Shown here: positions 19,041 to 28,818 of the stretch, piece after piece
How positions within the stretch are numbered: position 1 is the stretch's first letter
Layout of the letters: every line of letters starts with the position of its first letter
Source: a virus
Taxonomy: Duplodnaviria > Heunggongvirae > Uroviricota > Caudoviricetes
Strand: one strand, 5' to 3'
Virus record (IMG/VR): IMGVR_UViG_3300032030_000012
Span: 114,756 to 178,755 of that record
DNA length: 64,000 nt
Translations under genes and position numbers: made by a program
Notes under the pieces: generated by a model
The model's input: the letters and a program-made list of their open reading frames with translations, nothing else
Told to the model about the DNA's origin: nothing
Database searches by the model: none

Positions 19041-19565
19041 ATAACATTTATGACATAGGGCTAGATATTCATCATTGCCAACTAATATATCGTTATTTTT
19101 ATTATTTTTACAATAAGTATATATAGCAGGATTACCACACTTATCACATTTAGCTTCTAGATATTCTACTTCATCAGCTAAAGCTAATAATTGAGGCATA
19201 TTACCAAAAGGCTTTCTTTCAGATGTTAAATTTAACCCTGCTATATAGAATTTTTTACCATCATCAATAAAACTATTTAATATTATATGTAAATCTTGTC
19301 CTTCTAAAAATTGAAATTCATCTATGAAAAATATATCTACAAGATCTCTGTAAGGTAATAGATCATAAATAGTTTTTATATTCACGCAAACTATTTTATC
19401 TCCATCACGACTAACAACTTCTGTTTCAGAAAATCTATTATCTATATAAGGTTTAAACATCATGCATTTATATTTTGTAGTTTCTTTTAAATCTTCATAT
19501 ATAGATATTAATCTAGATGTTTTACCACTTTTCATAGGTCCTGTAAAAACGTTTATTAATCCCAT
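19026..19565 (-). CDS. tdk: thymidine kinase
   Basis: P-loop GPMKSGKTS, FIDEFQF, C-terminal CDKCG...CHKC zinc motif. Confidence 0.9.
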   Translation of the reverse strand: MGLINVFTGPMKSGKTSRLISIYEDLKETTKYKCMMFKPYIDNRFSETEVVSRDGDKIVCVNIKTIYDLLPYRDLVDIFFIDEFQFLEGQDLHIILNSFIDDGKKFYIAGLNLTSERKPFGNMPQLLALADEVEYLEAKCDKCGNPAIYTYCKNNKNNDILVGNDEYLALCHKCYKEMN

Positions 19566-19566
19566 A

Positions 19567-21432
19567 TTATACTAAATCTTCTCCTTCTATATTTGTCAAA
19601 TCTACTTGAGGAGCTAATTCAGGTTCTTCTGTTTCTTCAGTAGAAGCTGGAGCTTCTTCATTATCTAAATCAATGTCAAAATCAAATTTTGTTGAAGGAC
19701 CTCCTCCAGCAGATAATTCATGTTCATCATCTGGTTCTGATGCATTTCCTTCAATAGGATTTCCTGCATCATCAGTTTCAGTTTCTAATTCTTTTAAATG
19801 CTCATTAATAATATCTACTATATCTTGTTGATTTAGATATTTACTTAACCATTCTAAGATCATATCAAGTTTAACTTCTTCATCAACATTTTCTAATCCA
19901 TTCATCAATGATAAAATATCATTAACATTTCTGATTTTAGTTTGTAATAATTCATCACGTCTATTATCCTCTACTGTAATAATTGGAGTTAATTTAACAT
20001 CAAAATTATTTACAACTTTCTTTCCTAGACCATCACCTAATGCAAATATATTAATAAGATTTTTTAAAGCAGATGTTAAAGCTACTTGACCTCTTTTAAT
20101 ACGTCTAGCATAAGTAGTGTTCATTTCTGTTAAAGATCCTCCATTAGAAAGACCAGAACCATCCATATCAGCACCTAACATAGCTTTAGGTATTAATAAA
20201 GATCCATATACTTTGTTTTCAGAATCTTCAACATCTCCAAGATTTCCAATATCTACATCTCCACCTATATTAACAGTTGATATAGTACCTTTTCCATCTT
20301 TAGTTGTAGTATAAATAATATTTTCAATAGGTTGAGCTCCAGCTCTACTTTGTATAGTTCCAGCTTCTTTATTAAGAATAATTTGTTGTTCAATCTGCTG
20401 TTTAATTTCTTGAAGTTTTCTTCTTTTTTGAGCTTCAGGCATATCACCTAATTCAACTTGAATTACTCTTGTTATAGAAGATTTTGTTATTCTTTCAAGT
20501 AAAACTGATTCTTCTTTTAATTTTAATGTTTGATAAGCTCCATATACATTTTCTAATACTGATTGACCTGTTTTAACTTGAAAAGATAAAGCAGCGCCTG
20601 TTCCTTCATAAGCAGATCCATCTATTGTTCCATCATCTAAAGTTTTATCAACTTCTGTTTCTTTTATTAATTGGAATTTTTCAGGAAATCTATTTATATT
20701 AGGAGATAAACAAATATGTATAAATTTTGTTGGATTTAATATATTTATATCTGTTACAGATCCTGAATATAAATATGTATTATTTTCTAATGTATTTTCC
20801 ATATCATCATGTGATCTTATGAATCCAGCTGTTTTACCTCTATATTGTAAATCATAAACTTCAGCTGAATTAGGAACTTTTTCTATATATCTTTCTAGTT
20901 TAGCTCCTTTAATTGTTTTTTGAGTTCTTACATGAGGATCATGTTTTGTTGGTTCTAATATTAAAGATGGTTTAGTATCATTAACTGATGTATTTTCAAA
21001 TGTTTCTAGATATACATCTCCATATAACCACATACAATAAGCCCATGACCAAATATTTTGTTCAACATTTAAATCATCTAAAAGTTTATTACCATAAGCA
21101 GCTACATCAGAATCTTCTGATTCTACCCAAACAATTTTACCATCTGAGTTATATTGAACTGTATCATTAGCATACATTTCTACAGCAGCACCAATTCTAC
21201 CATCTGCTACCATTTCTTCAAATACTTTATATTTAGTATTACGGTCACCTTTTAGAGTAGTAATTTTAGTTAAATCACTAAGATCAATTCTTTTTCCAGA
21301 TTCTGTAGCTGTTTCCATCTGATTAGGAAGTGAATGTCTTTCATCAGTAAATTCAGTTACATCTTCAGGAGCTTGTTTAGGTATTACTCTTACTCTAAAG
21401 ATTCCTTCTCTTAATCTATCAAATACACCCAT
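19567..21432 (-). CDS. putative portal protein
   Basis: 621 aa; size and very acidic C-terminal tail typical of portals; assignment not verified. Confidence 0.4.
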   Translation of the reverse strand: MGVFDRLREGIFRVRVIPKQAPEDVTEFTDERHSLPNQMETATESGKRIDLSDLTKITTLKGDRNTKYKVFEEMVADGRIGAAVEMYANDTVQYNSDGKIVWVESEDSDVAAYGNKLLDDLNVEQNIWSWAYCMWLYGDVYLETFENTSVNDTKPSLILEPTKHDPHVRTQKTIKGAKLERYIEKVPNSAEVYDLQYRGKTAGFIRSHDDMENTLENNTYLYSGSVTDINILNPTKFIHICLSPNINRFPEKFQLIKETEVDKTLDDGTIDGSAYEGTGAALSFQVKTGQSVLENVYGAYQTLKLKEESVLLERITKSSITRVIQVELGDMPEAQKRRKLQEIKQQIEQQIILNKEAGTIQSRAGAQPIENIIYTTTKDGKGTISTVNIGGDVDIGNLGDVEDSENKVYGSLLIPKAMLGADMDGSGLSNGGSLTEMNTTYARRIKRGQVALTSALKNLINIFALGDGLGKKVVNNFDVKLTPIITVEDNRRDELLQTKIRNVNDILSLMNGLENVDEEVKLDMILEWLSKYLNQQDIVDIINEHLKELETETDDAGNPIEGNASEPDDEHELSAGGGPSTKFDFDIDLDNEEAPASTEETEEPELAPQVDLTNIEGEDLV

Positions 21433-21448
21433 TTAGCATACTCCTTTA

Positions 21449-21592
21449 TTATTCTTCTAATTTTTTTCTGTAAGGATATTTTTCATCTAATTTTGCTTCT
21501 TTACGTTCTATATAATCAATAATTAATAATATATTTTTAATTAAACCTGTAATAAAATAAGAAAGTAACAATATAATTAATAAAACCCACAT
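21449..21592 (-). CDS. small membrane protein (47 aa)
   Basis: Unlisted ORF MWVLLIILLLSYFITGLIKN...; RBS aaaggaggatattataATG. Confidence 0.35.
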   Translation of the reverse strand: MWVLLIILLLSYFITGLIKNILLIIDYIERKEAKLDEKYPYRKKLEE

Positions 21593-21606
21593 TATAATAT
21601 CCTCCT

Positions 21607-22068
21607 TTAATCTTCATATAATATTTGTAACAACTCTCTAACTTCTTTTGCACATTGTAACAAATCTGTAGGATTAGTATATAATGCATAATTAGTTAAA
21701 GCTTCATTTAATCTGTTTATATTCATAGCAGATGCAAATAAAATTCTTTCTTGCTCATTAGATATTTTAGAATAAGAAATTAAAATTTTAGTTACCAAAG
21801 AACTAATAGCTATAGCTATTTCTTCAATAGCTAGATCTTTATTTCTTAAATTTCTATATAAAGGATTTTTATTTCGGGATGAATATATAACATTATAAGT
21901 ATCATATATTTGTAAAAATTCTTTATCATATTTGTTAATTAATGAAATAACTTCCATAGGAACTACTTCACTTCTAACAACTCTTTGTACTTCTCTACCT
22001 AATTTTAGGTTTTCTCTTTCTTCAATATCATAAAGTTTTTGAATAATATCTTTCTTTGTAATAATCAT
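21607..22068 (-). CDS. hypothetical protein
   Basis: ORF track; TAATATTTTAC motif upstream. Confidence 0.5.
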   Translation of the reverse strand: MIITKKDIIQKLYDIEERENLKLGREVQRVVRSEVVPMEVISLINKYDKEFLQIYDTYNVIYSSRNKNPLYRNLRNKDLAIEEIAIAISSLVTKILISYSKISNEQERILFASAMNINRLNEALTNYALYTNPTDLLQCAKEVRELLQILYED

Positions 22069-22100
22069 AGGAATATCTTTCCTCCTCTCTACCTCTACAA

Positions 22101-22111
22101 TAATATTTTAC
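22101..22111 (-). promoter_or_regulatory. conserved promoter-like motif TAATATTTTAC
   Basis: Exact copy upstream of the start at 22068. Confidence 0.45.
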
Positions 22112-22151
22112 AGATAAAAATAGCATCTAAATTAATAGATGCTATTTACAC

Positions 22152-23006
22152 TTATACTATTTCACCATTTATTTCATCAACTTTATCAATAACTTCCTGA
22201 TCTATATCTTTTCCTGGATCTAAATCTTTAAGTTCAATAATTCTATCTCTTATTTCCATTACAGCGGCATCTACCAAAGCTTGTGTTGTATCAGATCTAC
22301 CATATTCATATATAGCAGGTGATTTTAAAGTATTACAAGCAGCCCTTAAAGTAGGATATAATTCTGCAAATCTATCTAATAACTCATTCATAGATTCTCT
22401 TAAATCTACTTTATCTAATTCTTCATAAGGTTGGTTTTGAGAATCAACAGAAATAACAGATATAGTCCAGTTGACTTCAATAACACTGTCTGCATCTTTT
22501 TTAATAGGTTCAAAAGTTATTCTAAATAAACAGTTATTACCATTTTCTCCTGAGAATAATCCGGCTTCTGCTATTTTTTCTCCTTGATATAATTCTTCAG
22601 GTAAATATGTAACAATAACAAGTTGTACATAACTTTGAGTTGATCTATTAACTATTGTATTTCTCTCTGGTAAAGCTATTCTAGGAGATAATTCACTTAA
22701 TAACCTAGTATCATTAATTGATACTTCTGTAGTTATACCAGGAGGAGTTTGTGAAGTAGCAGAATTAGTACCTAGACCAAGATATCTAGGAATCCAATCA
22801 TATGATACTAAATAAGATTGTGTAGGATTAAATTCACCATTTAACCATTTAACTAATCCCATTAATTGCATCTTTAAACATCTGTTATGACCTCTACGCT
22901 CTTCAATAATTGCACCTGTATATTTATTTCTTTTAGTAACTTTAACGTTAACACCTACAGAGAATCCTGCATCTTCTATGCTAAAACTTCCATTACTCAT
23001 GTCCAT
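22152..23006 (-). CDS. hypothetical (structural?) protein
   Basis: ORF track. Confidence 0.5.
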   Translation of the reverse strand: MDMSNGSFSIEDAGFSVGVNVKVTKRNKYTGAIIEERRGHNRCLKMQLMGLVKWLNGEFNPTQSYLVSYDWIPRYLGLGTNSATSQTPPGITTEVSINDTRLLSELSPRIALPERNTIVNRSTQSYVQLVIVTYLPEELYQGEKIAEAGLFSGENGNNCLFRITFEPIKKDADSVIEVNWTISVISVDSQNQPYEELDKVDLRESMNELLDRFAELYPTLRAACNTLKSPAIYEYGRSDTTQALVDAAVMEIRDRIIELKDLDPGKDIDQEVIDKVDEINGEIV

Positions 23007-23031
23007 TTTCCTTTCATATTATTTATTCAAT

Positions 23032-23181
23032 ATCTTCGCGGTTATAAGATTCTTGGAATATAACTCTATCTGCTCCAAATATTTCTTTAAGTTTTTGTCT
23101 ATTAATGACTACTACATACTTTCCTGAATCATCATAATATCCATAGCTTAAAATGTCGTCTTTCTTAATCATATCACTCAT
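23032..23181 (-). CDS. small hypothetical protein (49 aa)
   Basis: Unlisted ORF MSDMIKKDDILSYGYYDDSGKYVVVINRQ...; RBS ggaggtag; TAATATTTTAC motif 30 nt upstream. Confidence 0.35.
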
Positions 23182-23214
23182 AACTTTCTACCTCCAACAA
23201 AAACTTATTTCTAA

Positions 23215-23225
23215 TAATATTTTAC
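23215..23225 (-). promoter_or_regulatory. conserved promoter-like motif TAATATTTTAC
   Basis: Exact copy upstream of the small ORF 23032..23181. Confidence 0.45.
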
Positions 23226-23284
23226 TATAAAAAATAAAACTATATTTCACAATATAGTTTTATTTTCATATACATTTTTATAGA

Positions 23285-23962
23285 TTACCATACTTGATTA
23301 TGATATTGATTATGGGTTCCTTTATTAATAGCTGTAATATGATTAATATTTTCAACTTCAGCAAATCCAACTTTATCTTTATTACTAACTTCGTATCTTG
23401 TACTATCATAAGGAAATTTAGTATGATATTCATATGAATGAACTTGAATTCCATCTATTGTTTGAATAATTTCAGCAGGTACAAGTTCAAGACCACATCC
23501 TGCAGGTCTAACTACTTCTATAAGATCTCTAACCTTAGATAAATTAGCTGGGAAATAAATATATATTTTAACTTTATTTCCATCTTTTTGATACTCAATA
23601 TTAAACATGGACAAAGCTTCAATTTTATCTATTTCACCTAAAGCATTAACAGATAAAGCTGTAGCAAGTCTCATACCTAATTTAGATCCTCTATTTCTAA
23701 TCATATCAGGATAATGTTTAATTATAATTCTATTAGAATCATATGATTCTGAATAATCATATTTATATCCTACATATGAAGCAAGTAAAGGTAATAAATG
23801 ATTTGGACAAGAATCAAAATCAATTAAACTTATCCAATAATCAGCATTTGTTTTAAAATGATTTATTAATAAATCAAATAATTTACAATATGCCTGTACA
23901 TCTCTACTTTGTCTCATAATATAAGGTATAAATGTTTTACTTTCTAATACATTAGTTGACAT
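23285..23962 (-). CDS. hypothetical protein
   Basis: ORF track. Confidence 0.5.
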   Translation of the reverse strand: MSTNVLESKTFIPYIMRQSRDVQAYCKLFDLLINHFKTNADYWISLIDFDSCPNHLLPLLASYVGYKYDYSESYDSNRIIIKHYPDMIRNRGSKLGMRLATALSVNALGEIDKIEALSMFNIEYQKDGNKVKIYIYFPANLSKVRDLIEVVRPAGCGLELVPAEIIQTIDGIQVHSYEYHTKFPYDSTRYEVSNKDKVGFAEVENINHITAINKGTHNQYHNQVW

Positions 23963-23973
23963 TTATTTCTACC

Positions 23974-24741
23974 TCATTTCTTAAATCTATGTAATAACAT
24001 ATTTATAAATCTTAATATTTTTTGCCATATAGTTTGATAAGTATCTATTGTATTTTCTTTTGTTGAAATAGCCCAAGCTGAATCAATAGGATAATCATAA
24101 GGAAGTATAGCTTGACCTTTATCTCCCCAATATTTACCCCAGCTATTTTGAATTATGTAACCATAGGGATTATAACCACAAATTATAATCATATGATATC
24201 CTTTTAATTCACCTTCAGGTTCTTTAATAATATAATTTAAATCATAATCTAAATCATTATAAACTGGAATTGAAATAGGTACTGGAGTATTTTGAAGAAG
24301 ACACTTTTTTATTTCTTCTTCAGTATAAATTCTAGCATATGATTCTATTTTATATTTTTCAGCAATTGGTTTTAATTTATCTATATTCTCATCAACAATG
24401 TCTTTAATTTCTTTCATTTCTTTATTGTGATCAAAATTATCTCTAGGAACATCTCCTATCTTTTGTAAAGTTTTTAATGCTTCTCTAGGATACATTCCTT
24501 GTTCTTGATTATAAGTTATAGGTCTATATCCATATATAAATCCTGTAGACATTTTTTCATTATTAAATTTTTCTAAAAATGTAGCTAAAGAGTGAGCTAC
24601 ACAAGAATTAACAATACCTTGATCTTTAACCTCAGATATTGTTAATTCATATTTCTCAGGAAATTTTGGAGCAGAAACTATTTTCGATTTAAACTTATAA
24701 TCCCTTTTATCTGGTATCTCTTTCTTACTTCCGTAATACAT
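23974..24741 (-). CDS. papain-family (C1A-like) cysteine peptidase
   Basis: QGIVNSCVAHS (Gln/Cys), GYHMIIICGYN (His), NSWGKYWGDKGQAIL (Asn/Trp): the full catalytic signature of papain-like proteases. Confidence 0.7.
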   Translation of the reverse strand: MYYGSKKEIPDKRDYKFKSKIVSAPKFPEKYELTISEVKDQGIVNSCVAHSLATFLEKFNNEKMSTGFIYGYRPITYNQEQGMYPREALKTLQKIGDVPRDNFDHNKEMKEIKDIVDENIDKLKPIAEKYKIESYARIYTEEEIKKCLLQNTPVPISIPVYNDLDYDLNYIIKEPEGELKGYHMIIICGYNPYGYIIQNSWGKYWGDKGQAILPYDYPIDSAWAISTKENTIDTYQTIWQKILRFINMLLHRFKK

Positions 24742-24764
24742 AAGATTTCCTCCTCTTAAAGCAA

Positions 24765-25553
24765 TTAACTTATTGTTAGAATAGTTTCTATCTTAATTTT
24801 TTTATCATGTAAACAATGCTCTACTTGTTCCATATTAACTAAGTTTTTATCTACAAATTCTATAACAATAAAGCCTACAATAGATCCTTCATTATTTTCT
24901 ATAGCAATTCCATATACAGCTTGAATATTTCTACTTAAAAAATATTCATACATTGTAGTATCTTTATCTTTTAATTCATTTATATCATCAATATAACATT
25001 TACCATCTTTTATTAAACTTTCACACCAGTATGAGAAAAATGATCTAAATAAATTTTGAAAATCTGGCATTATACCAGCAAATCCAGGACCAGGACATTC
25101 ATTAGTCATAGACATTTTTAAAAAAGACAAGCCATTCATATCTCTTCCACCATTATGAAATCTAACTAATGCTACTCTAGCAGAATTAGTTTTTTGTTGA
25201 GTTCTTTTTAAACAAGCATTAATTTGAGCTTCTTTTTCTGATAACGTATTATTATCTTCTGCAGAAAGTGTATGACTTGTAACTCCATTTATAATATGTT
25301 TTGTTAATTCTTGAAGTTGTTGTTGTAATAATTTTTGATTTTCTTGATTCTGTTCTATAACAGTTTTAAACATTTCATCACAACGTGCATCAGATTTATT
25401 ACTATGTTTATTTGTAGTATCTATTAATTCTTTTTCTCTTTCAATAAATCTTTTTAAAGCTAAAATAGCAAATAGGACTAAAAATATCGCAGCTAATCCT
25501 AATACACCAACTTCTAAATATGGTTTTATAAGGTCTAAAAATCCTACTTCCAC
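24765..25553 (-). CDS. membrane-anchored hypothetical protein (lysis-region)
   Basis: N-terminal TM GVLGLAAIFLVLFAILAL; coiled coil. Confidence 0.45.
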   Translation of the reverse strand: MEVGFLDLIKPYLEVGVLGLAAIFLVLFAILALKRFIEREKELIDTTNKHSNKSDARCDEMFKTVIEQNQENQKLLQQQLQELTKHIINGVTSHTLSAEDNNTLSEKEAQINACLKRTQQKTNSARVALVRFHNGGRDMNGLSFLKMSMTNECPGPGFAGIMPDFQNLFRSFFSYWCESLIKDGKCYIDDINELKDKDTTMYEYFLSRNIQAVYGIAIENNEGSIVGFIVIEFVDKNLVNMEQVEHCLHDKKIKIETILTIS

Positions 25554-25792
25554 TACTCCACCTCCTGTTGTTCTTTTAATTCATCTAATTCAAGTTCTAT
25601 ATTTAATAATCTTCCTTCAATTTTTTCAATTCTTTTTACATCTCTTTGAACAACCATATTCTGTTTCAATAATGTATATGAGCTGAATAATAGGTTAGAT
25701 AACAGTAATAAACCAGCAATAGTTCCTACTAAAATTATAAAACCATCAGATTGAATAAATTTTCTTAATCTTTCTTTTACCATACTAACCAC
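25553..25792 (-). CDS. holin-like or spanin-like small TM protein
   Basis: 79 aa, one TM plus C-terminal coiled coil; sits in the lysis region; TAATATTTTAC motif upstream. Confidence 0.35.
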   Translation of the reverse strand: MVSMVKERLRKFIQSDGFIILVGTIAGLLLLSNLLFSSYTLLKQNMVVQRDVKRIEKIEGRLLNIELELDELKEQQEVE

Positions 25793-25807
25793 CTCTTAGT
25801 CTTTCAA

Positions 25808-25818
25808 TAATATTTTAC
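25808..25818 (-). promoter_or_regulatory. conserved promoter-like motif TAATATTTTAC
   Basis: Exact copy upstream of the start at 25792. Confidence 0.45.
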
Positions 25819-25877
25819 ATAGAAAAAGAGATAGAAATTTTCTATACGTTCTTTCTACCTCTTTTAATTTAATCTTA

Positions 25878-26162
25878 TTATACATTTTCACCATTTATAT
25901 TTTGTATTTGACTAGCAACTCCAGCCAATTCAGCTTCAATATTTGTAACTCTATTTGTTAAATTACTAATATTAGTATTGCTTGCATTTATAGAATTATT
26001 AATATTACTAATATTTTGAGTATGGGTATTAACTGTATTCATTGTATTAACTAAATTAGAGACTGGAATATTAGTTGCTTCTAAAACATGACTATTATTT
26101 AAAGTCATAATATTTCCAATATTTTGATTTTGTAATTGGATATCTTTATAAAAAGTTGCCAT
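25878..26162 (-). CDS. Asn-rich coiled-coil protein (tail fiber/assembly-like)
   Basis: ORF track; compositional repeats. Confidence 0.4.
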   Translation of the reverse strand: MATFYKDIQLQNQNIGNIMTLNNSHVLEATNIPVSNLVNTMNTVNTHTQNISNINNSINASNTNISNLTNRVTNIEAELAGVASQIQNINGENV

Positions 26163-26175
26163 TTTAAATTACCTC

Positions 26176-28362
26176 CTATATCATATCTTCCATATAATCT
26201 TTTTCAAGTGATGAGCTATCATAATAAAAGTATTGTGTATTTAAATTTCTATATACTGCTATTGAAGTTTCATTATGTGTATAAGAAACTACAATATCAC
26301 TAGTTAATGGTGCTGTAAATTCCATTTCAACTAAACCTGTGATATAATCTATATGTCCTTTTCTAACTAAAACGTTATCACTATTATAAATATCACCGTT
26401 ATTATTATCTCTTAAAGTAGTTTGTCCATTGTTAATTCTTATTATAGCAGATCCTGGTAATATTGATGGATGTTCTAAATAAAAACTATATTTTAAATTA
26501 AGACTAGGATCAGGATCATCTAATATAGGAATTATTTGCTCATATAAACCTGTTAGTTGTTCTTTAGTAATTTCTTCTCCTTCATAATTTACATATTCAA
26601 TAGGTTCTAGATCTACCATTAATATTCTACTATCTACATCAAGAATTGTTTCAATAACTTCTTTATAATTTATTAATGTATTGAAATTAACTTTCTCTAA
26701 AGAATATTTATATCTCAAATTATTATTTATAGTTACTATTATATTTTGTAATTCATCTCTTGATAAAGGAACTTTTGTAAAGAATGTTCCTCTTACTGTC
26801 CAGAAATATTTTTTAATTGATTCAAGATCTACAATAATTGATAAAGGTAATATTTTATAATCATCTAAAGCTGTTATAATAGCATTAGAAAATGTTTCTA
26901 TATCTTCATCTTGGGCTACTTCAGATCTTAATATATATAATTTAACTACGAAACTATCCAAGGTTTCTATTTGACTTACTTTTTGTACCCCAATGAATCC
27001 TGAGTGTTCATAATCACCATTGAAATATGCAGTGAAACAATCTAAATCATCTTCATCAACTCTACCATCTTGATTTGCATCCGCAAGTTGTTGTTGATAT
27101 TCTGTTAAAGGATGAGCTTTTCTATCTTGAATAAATAATGCTACTGCATTCATATCATTTTCATCTATTATTTCACTATATACTACTTGACCATCAACTG
27201 GTTTAGATGTTCTATCCATATTAACATTACCAATTGTCCAAGATACTTCCATACCAGGATCATTTGTTAAGTCTGTTGCTCTAACATTTGCTACTCCCCA
27301 TTCTCTTAATGTAGCTCTTTCAAAATCAGCAAGTGTAATAAGAGTATCCATTGTATTCAAAAACTTAACTGAATTTTTTCTAGCTTCATCTGGAGTTTCT
27401 GGATCATATCCTTCTGAACTATCGTAGTTAGTAAAATGAATAAATCCACTAACATTATATACTGTATTTATATTAGATCCATCTCTGGCCCATATATTTC
27501 CAGTAACTTTCTTTATAGTATTTTCATATATTTGGCCACTTTGACCTTTAGATAATAAATAAAATAATTTAAATCTATTTACATTAAAATTATTCCAATA
27601 ATCTACTAATTCAATATAAGGTCTATCATTAACATCTACACCGAATTCAAATAATCTACCTACATTAGATGTTAAATAAATATTATCTCTTAATTCCCAA
27701 ACTTCATTTTGATCGTCAATAAGAATAATATGATCTTGATCTACATTATCATCAGGTAAATAAATCCTATTATTTATTACATCATCAGCTGTATAATTGT
27801 ATCCGTAAATTGAATGCCAAGGTCTTCCAGCTTCTGGATATGGATTAGCTGAAGTTCTAACAGGTGTTACAGGAATACCTTGAGTTAGAGTAACAACTGT
27901 TTCTAGTCCGTTATTATACATATTAGATGGTAATTCATATGCTTTAGTCATATTACAATAAACGGTTTCATTATCCTCAGTTGCAAAAGTACAAAACATT
28001 GGTAATGTAGCAGCTTGAGTATAAGTATTAATAACATTAACTTGTACTTCAGCTGATTTGTACCATCTCATTTTATATCCAATTAATCTATAAATAGCTG
28101 CTGCATTTTTTCTTTGAGTAACAGAATCAGGATATACTTCTAAAGACTGCATATCTTGAGTATAAAATAACATATCACCTACAATAGCCATCAATTTAAC
28201 TAATATCATACCAGGATCATTTGTATCAGTACTTACCCATTTTTGAGTTATACCAGGTATAGAATTTATTAAATCGTCTAAAATATTGACATAATCTTTA
28301 TCTGTATAATCAATTCTTACAGCACTATAATCTTTCTTTTGAACTTGATTTATACTTGCCAT
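26176..28362 (-). CDS. baseplate J-like (gp6-like) protein, with one dockerin/EF-hand-like loop DANQDGRVDEDDLDCF
   Basis: Size and position next to the gp25-like gene. Confidence 0.45.
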   Translation of the reverse strand: MASINQVQKKDYSAVRIDYTDKDYVNILDDLINSIPGITQKWVSTDTNDPGMILVKLMAIVGDMLFYTQDMQSLEVYPDSVTQRKNAAAIYRLIGYKMRWYKSAEVQVNVINTYTQAATLPMFCTFATEDNETVYCNMTKAYELPSNMYNNGLETVVTLTQGIPVTPVRTSANPYPEAGRPWHSIYGYNYTADDVINNRIYLPDDNVDQDHIILIDDQNEVWELRDNIYLTSNVGRLFEFGVDVNDRPYIELVDYWNNFNVNRFKLFYLLSKGQSGQIYENTIKKVTGNIWARDGSNINTVYNVSGFIHFTNYDSSEGYDPETPDEARKNSVKFLNTMDTLITLADFERATLREWGVANVRATDLTNDPGMEVSWTIGNVNMDRTSKPVDGQVVYSEIIDENDMNAVALFIQDRKAHPLTEYQQQLADANQDGRVDEDDLDCFTAYFNGDYEHSGFIGVQKVSQIETLDSFVVKLYILRSEVAQDEDIETFSNAIITALDDYKILPLSIIVDLESIKKYFWTVRGTFFTKVPLSRDELQNIIVTINNNLRYKYSLEKVNFNTLINYKEVIETILDVDSRILMVDLEPIEYVNYEGEEITKEQLTGLYEQIIPILDDPDPSLNLKYSFYLEHPSILPGSAIIRINNGQTTLRDNNNGDIYNSDNVLVRKGHIDYITGLVEMEFTAPLTSDIVVSYTHNETSIAVYRNLNTQYFYYDSSSLEKDYMEDMI

Positions 28363-28389
28363 AAAACTCTACCTTTCTTTAATATCTAT

Positions 28390-28400
28390 TAATATTTTAC
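28390..28400 (-). promoter_or_regulatory. conserved promoter-like motif TAATATTTTAC
   Basis: Exact copy upstream of the start at 28362. Confidence 0.45.
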
Positions 28401-28402
28401 AT

Positions 28403-28804
28403 CTATTCAGAATATGGTTTATCTGGATTATCTTCAGAAGTTATTTCTAAATTATATTGATTTATTTGACCAGTTTCTTTAATTTCATACATTATATAAA
28501 TATTAACAATTTGATCTTCGAATTTAATTATAATGTCATCTCCTCTAACTATTATTCTAGGTTCATATTTATCAATAGCTTGCATTATATCTTCTTTTAA
28601 CAAAGGTTCAATTATTACTCCATTATATCTAAATATTCTATCTAAAAGGAAACAACCATATTCAGGATCTCCTAATAATTCTCCTGGTCGAGTTCTTAAT
28701 AATAACCCTAAACATTCATTTATAGATTTTGTATTTTGAGAAAATTTTACATCTCTAGATGTTCTATCTACTATTTGTGGAAATGAAAAAGTGGATTGTC
28801 TCAT
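28403..28804 (-). CDS. baseplate wedge protein gp25/GPW-like
   Basis: 133 aa; LLRTRPGELLGDPEYG motif typical of gp25/W. Confidence 0.65.
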   Translation of the reverse strand: MRQSTFSFPQIVDRTSRDVKFSQNTKSINECLGLLLRTRPGELLGDPEYGCFLLDRIFRYNGVIIEPLLKEDIMQAIDKYEPRIIVRGDDIIIKFEDQIVNIYIMYEIKETGQINQYNLEITSEDNPDKPYSE

Positions 28805-28818
28805 ATTTTTCCTCCTTA

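Noticed and set aside
17043-21170. ORFs 17043..17240 (+), 20117..20314 (+), 20265..20447 (-), 20988..21170 (+)
   Set aside because: Embedded in or antisense to longer, better-supported genes; no RBS or promoter context.
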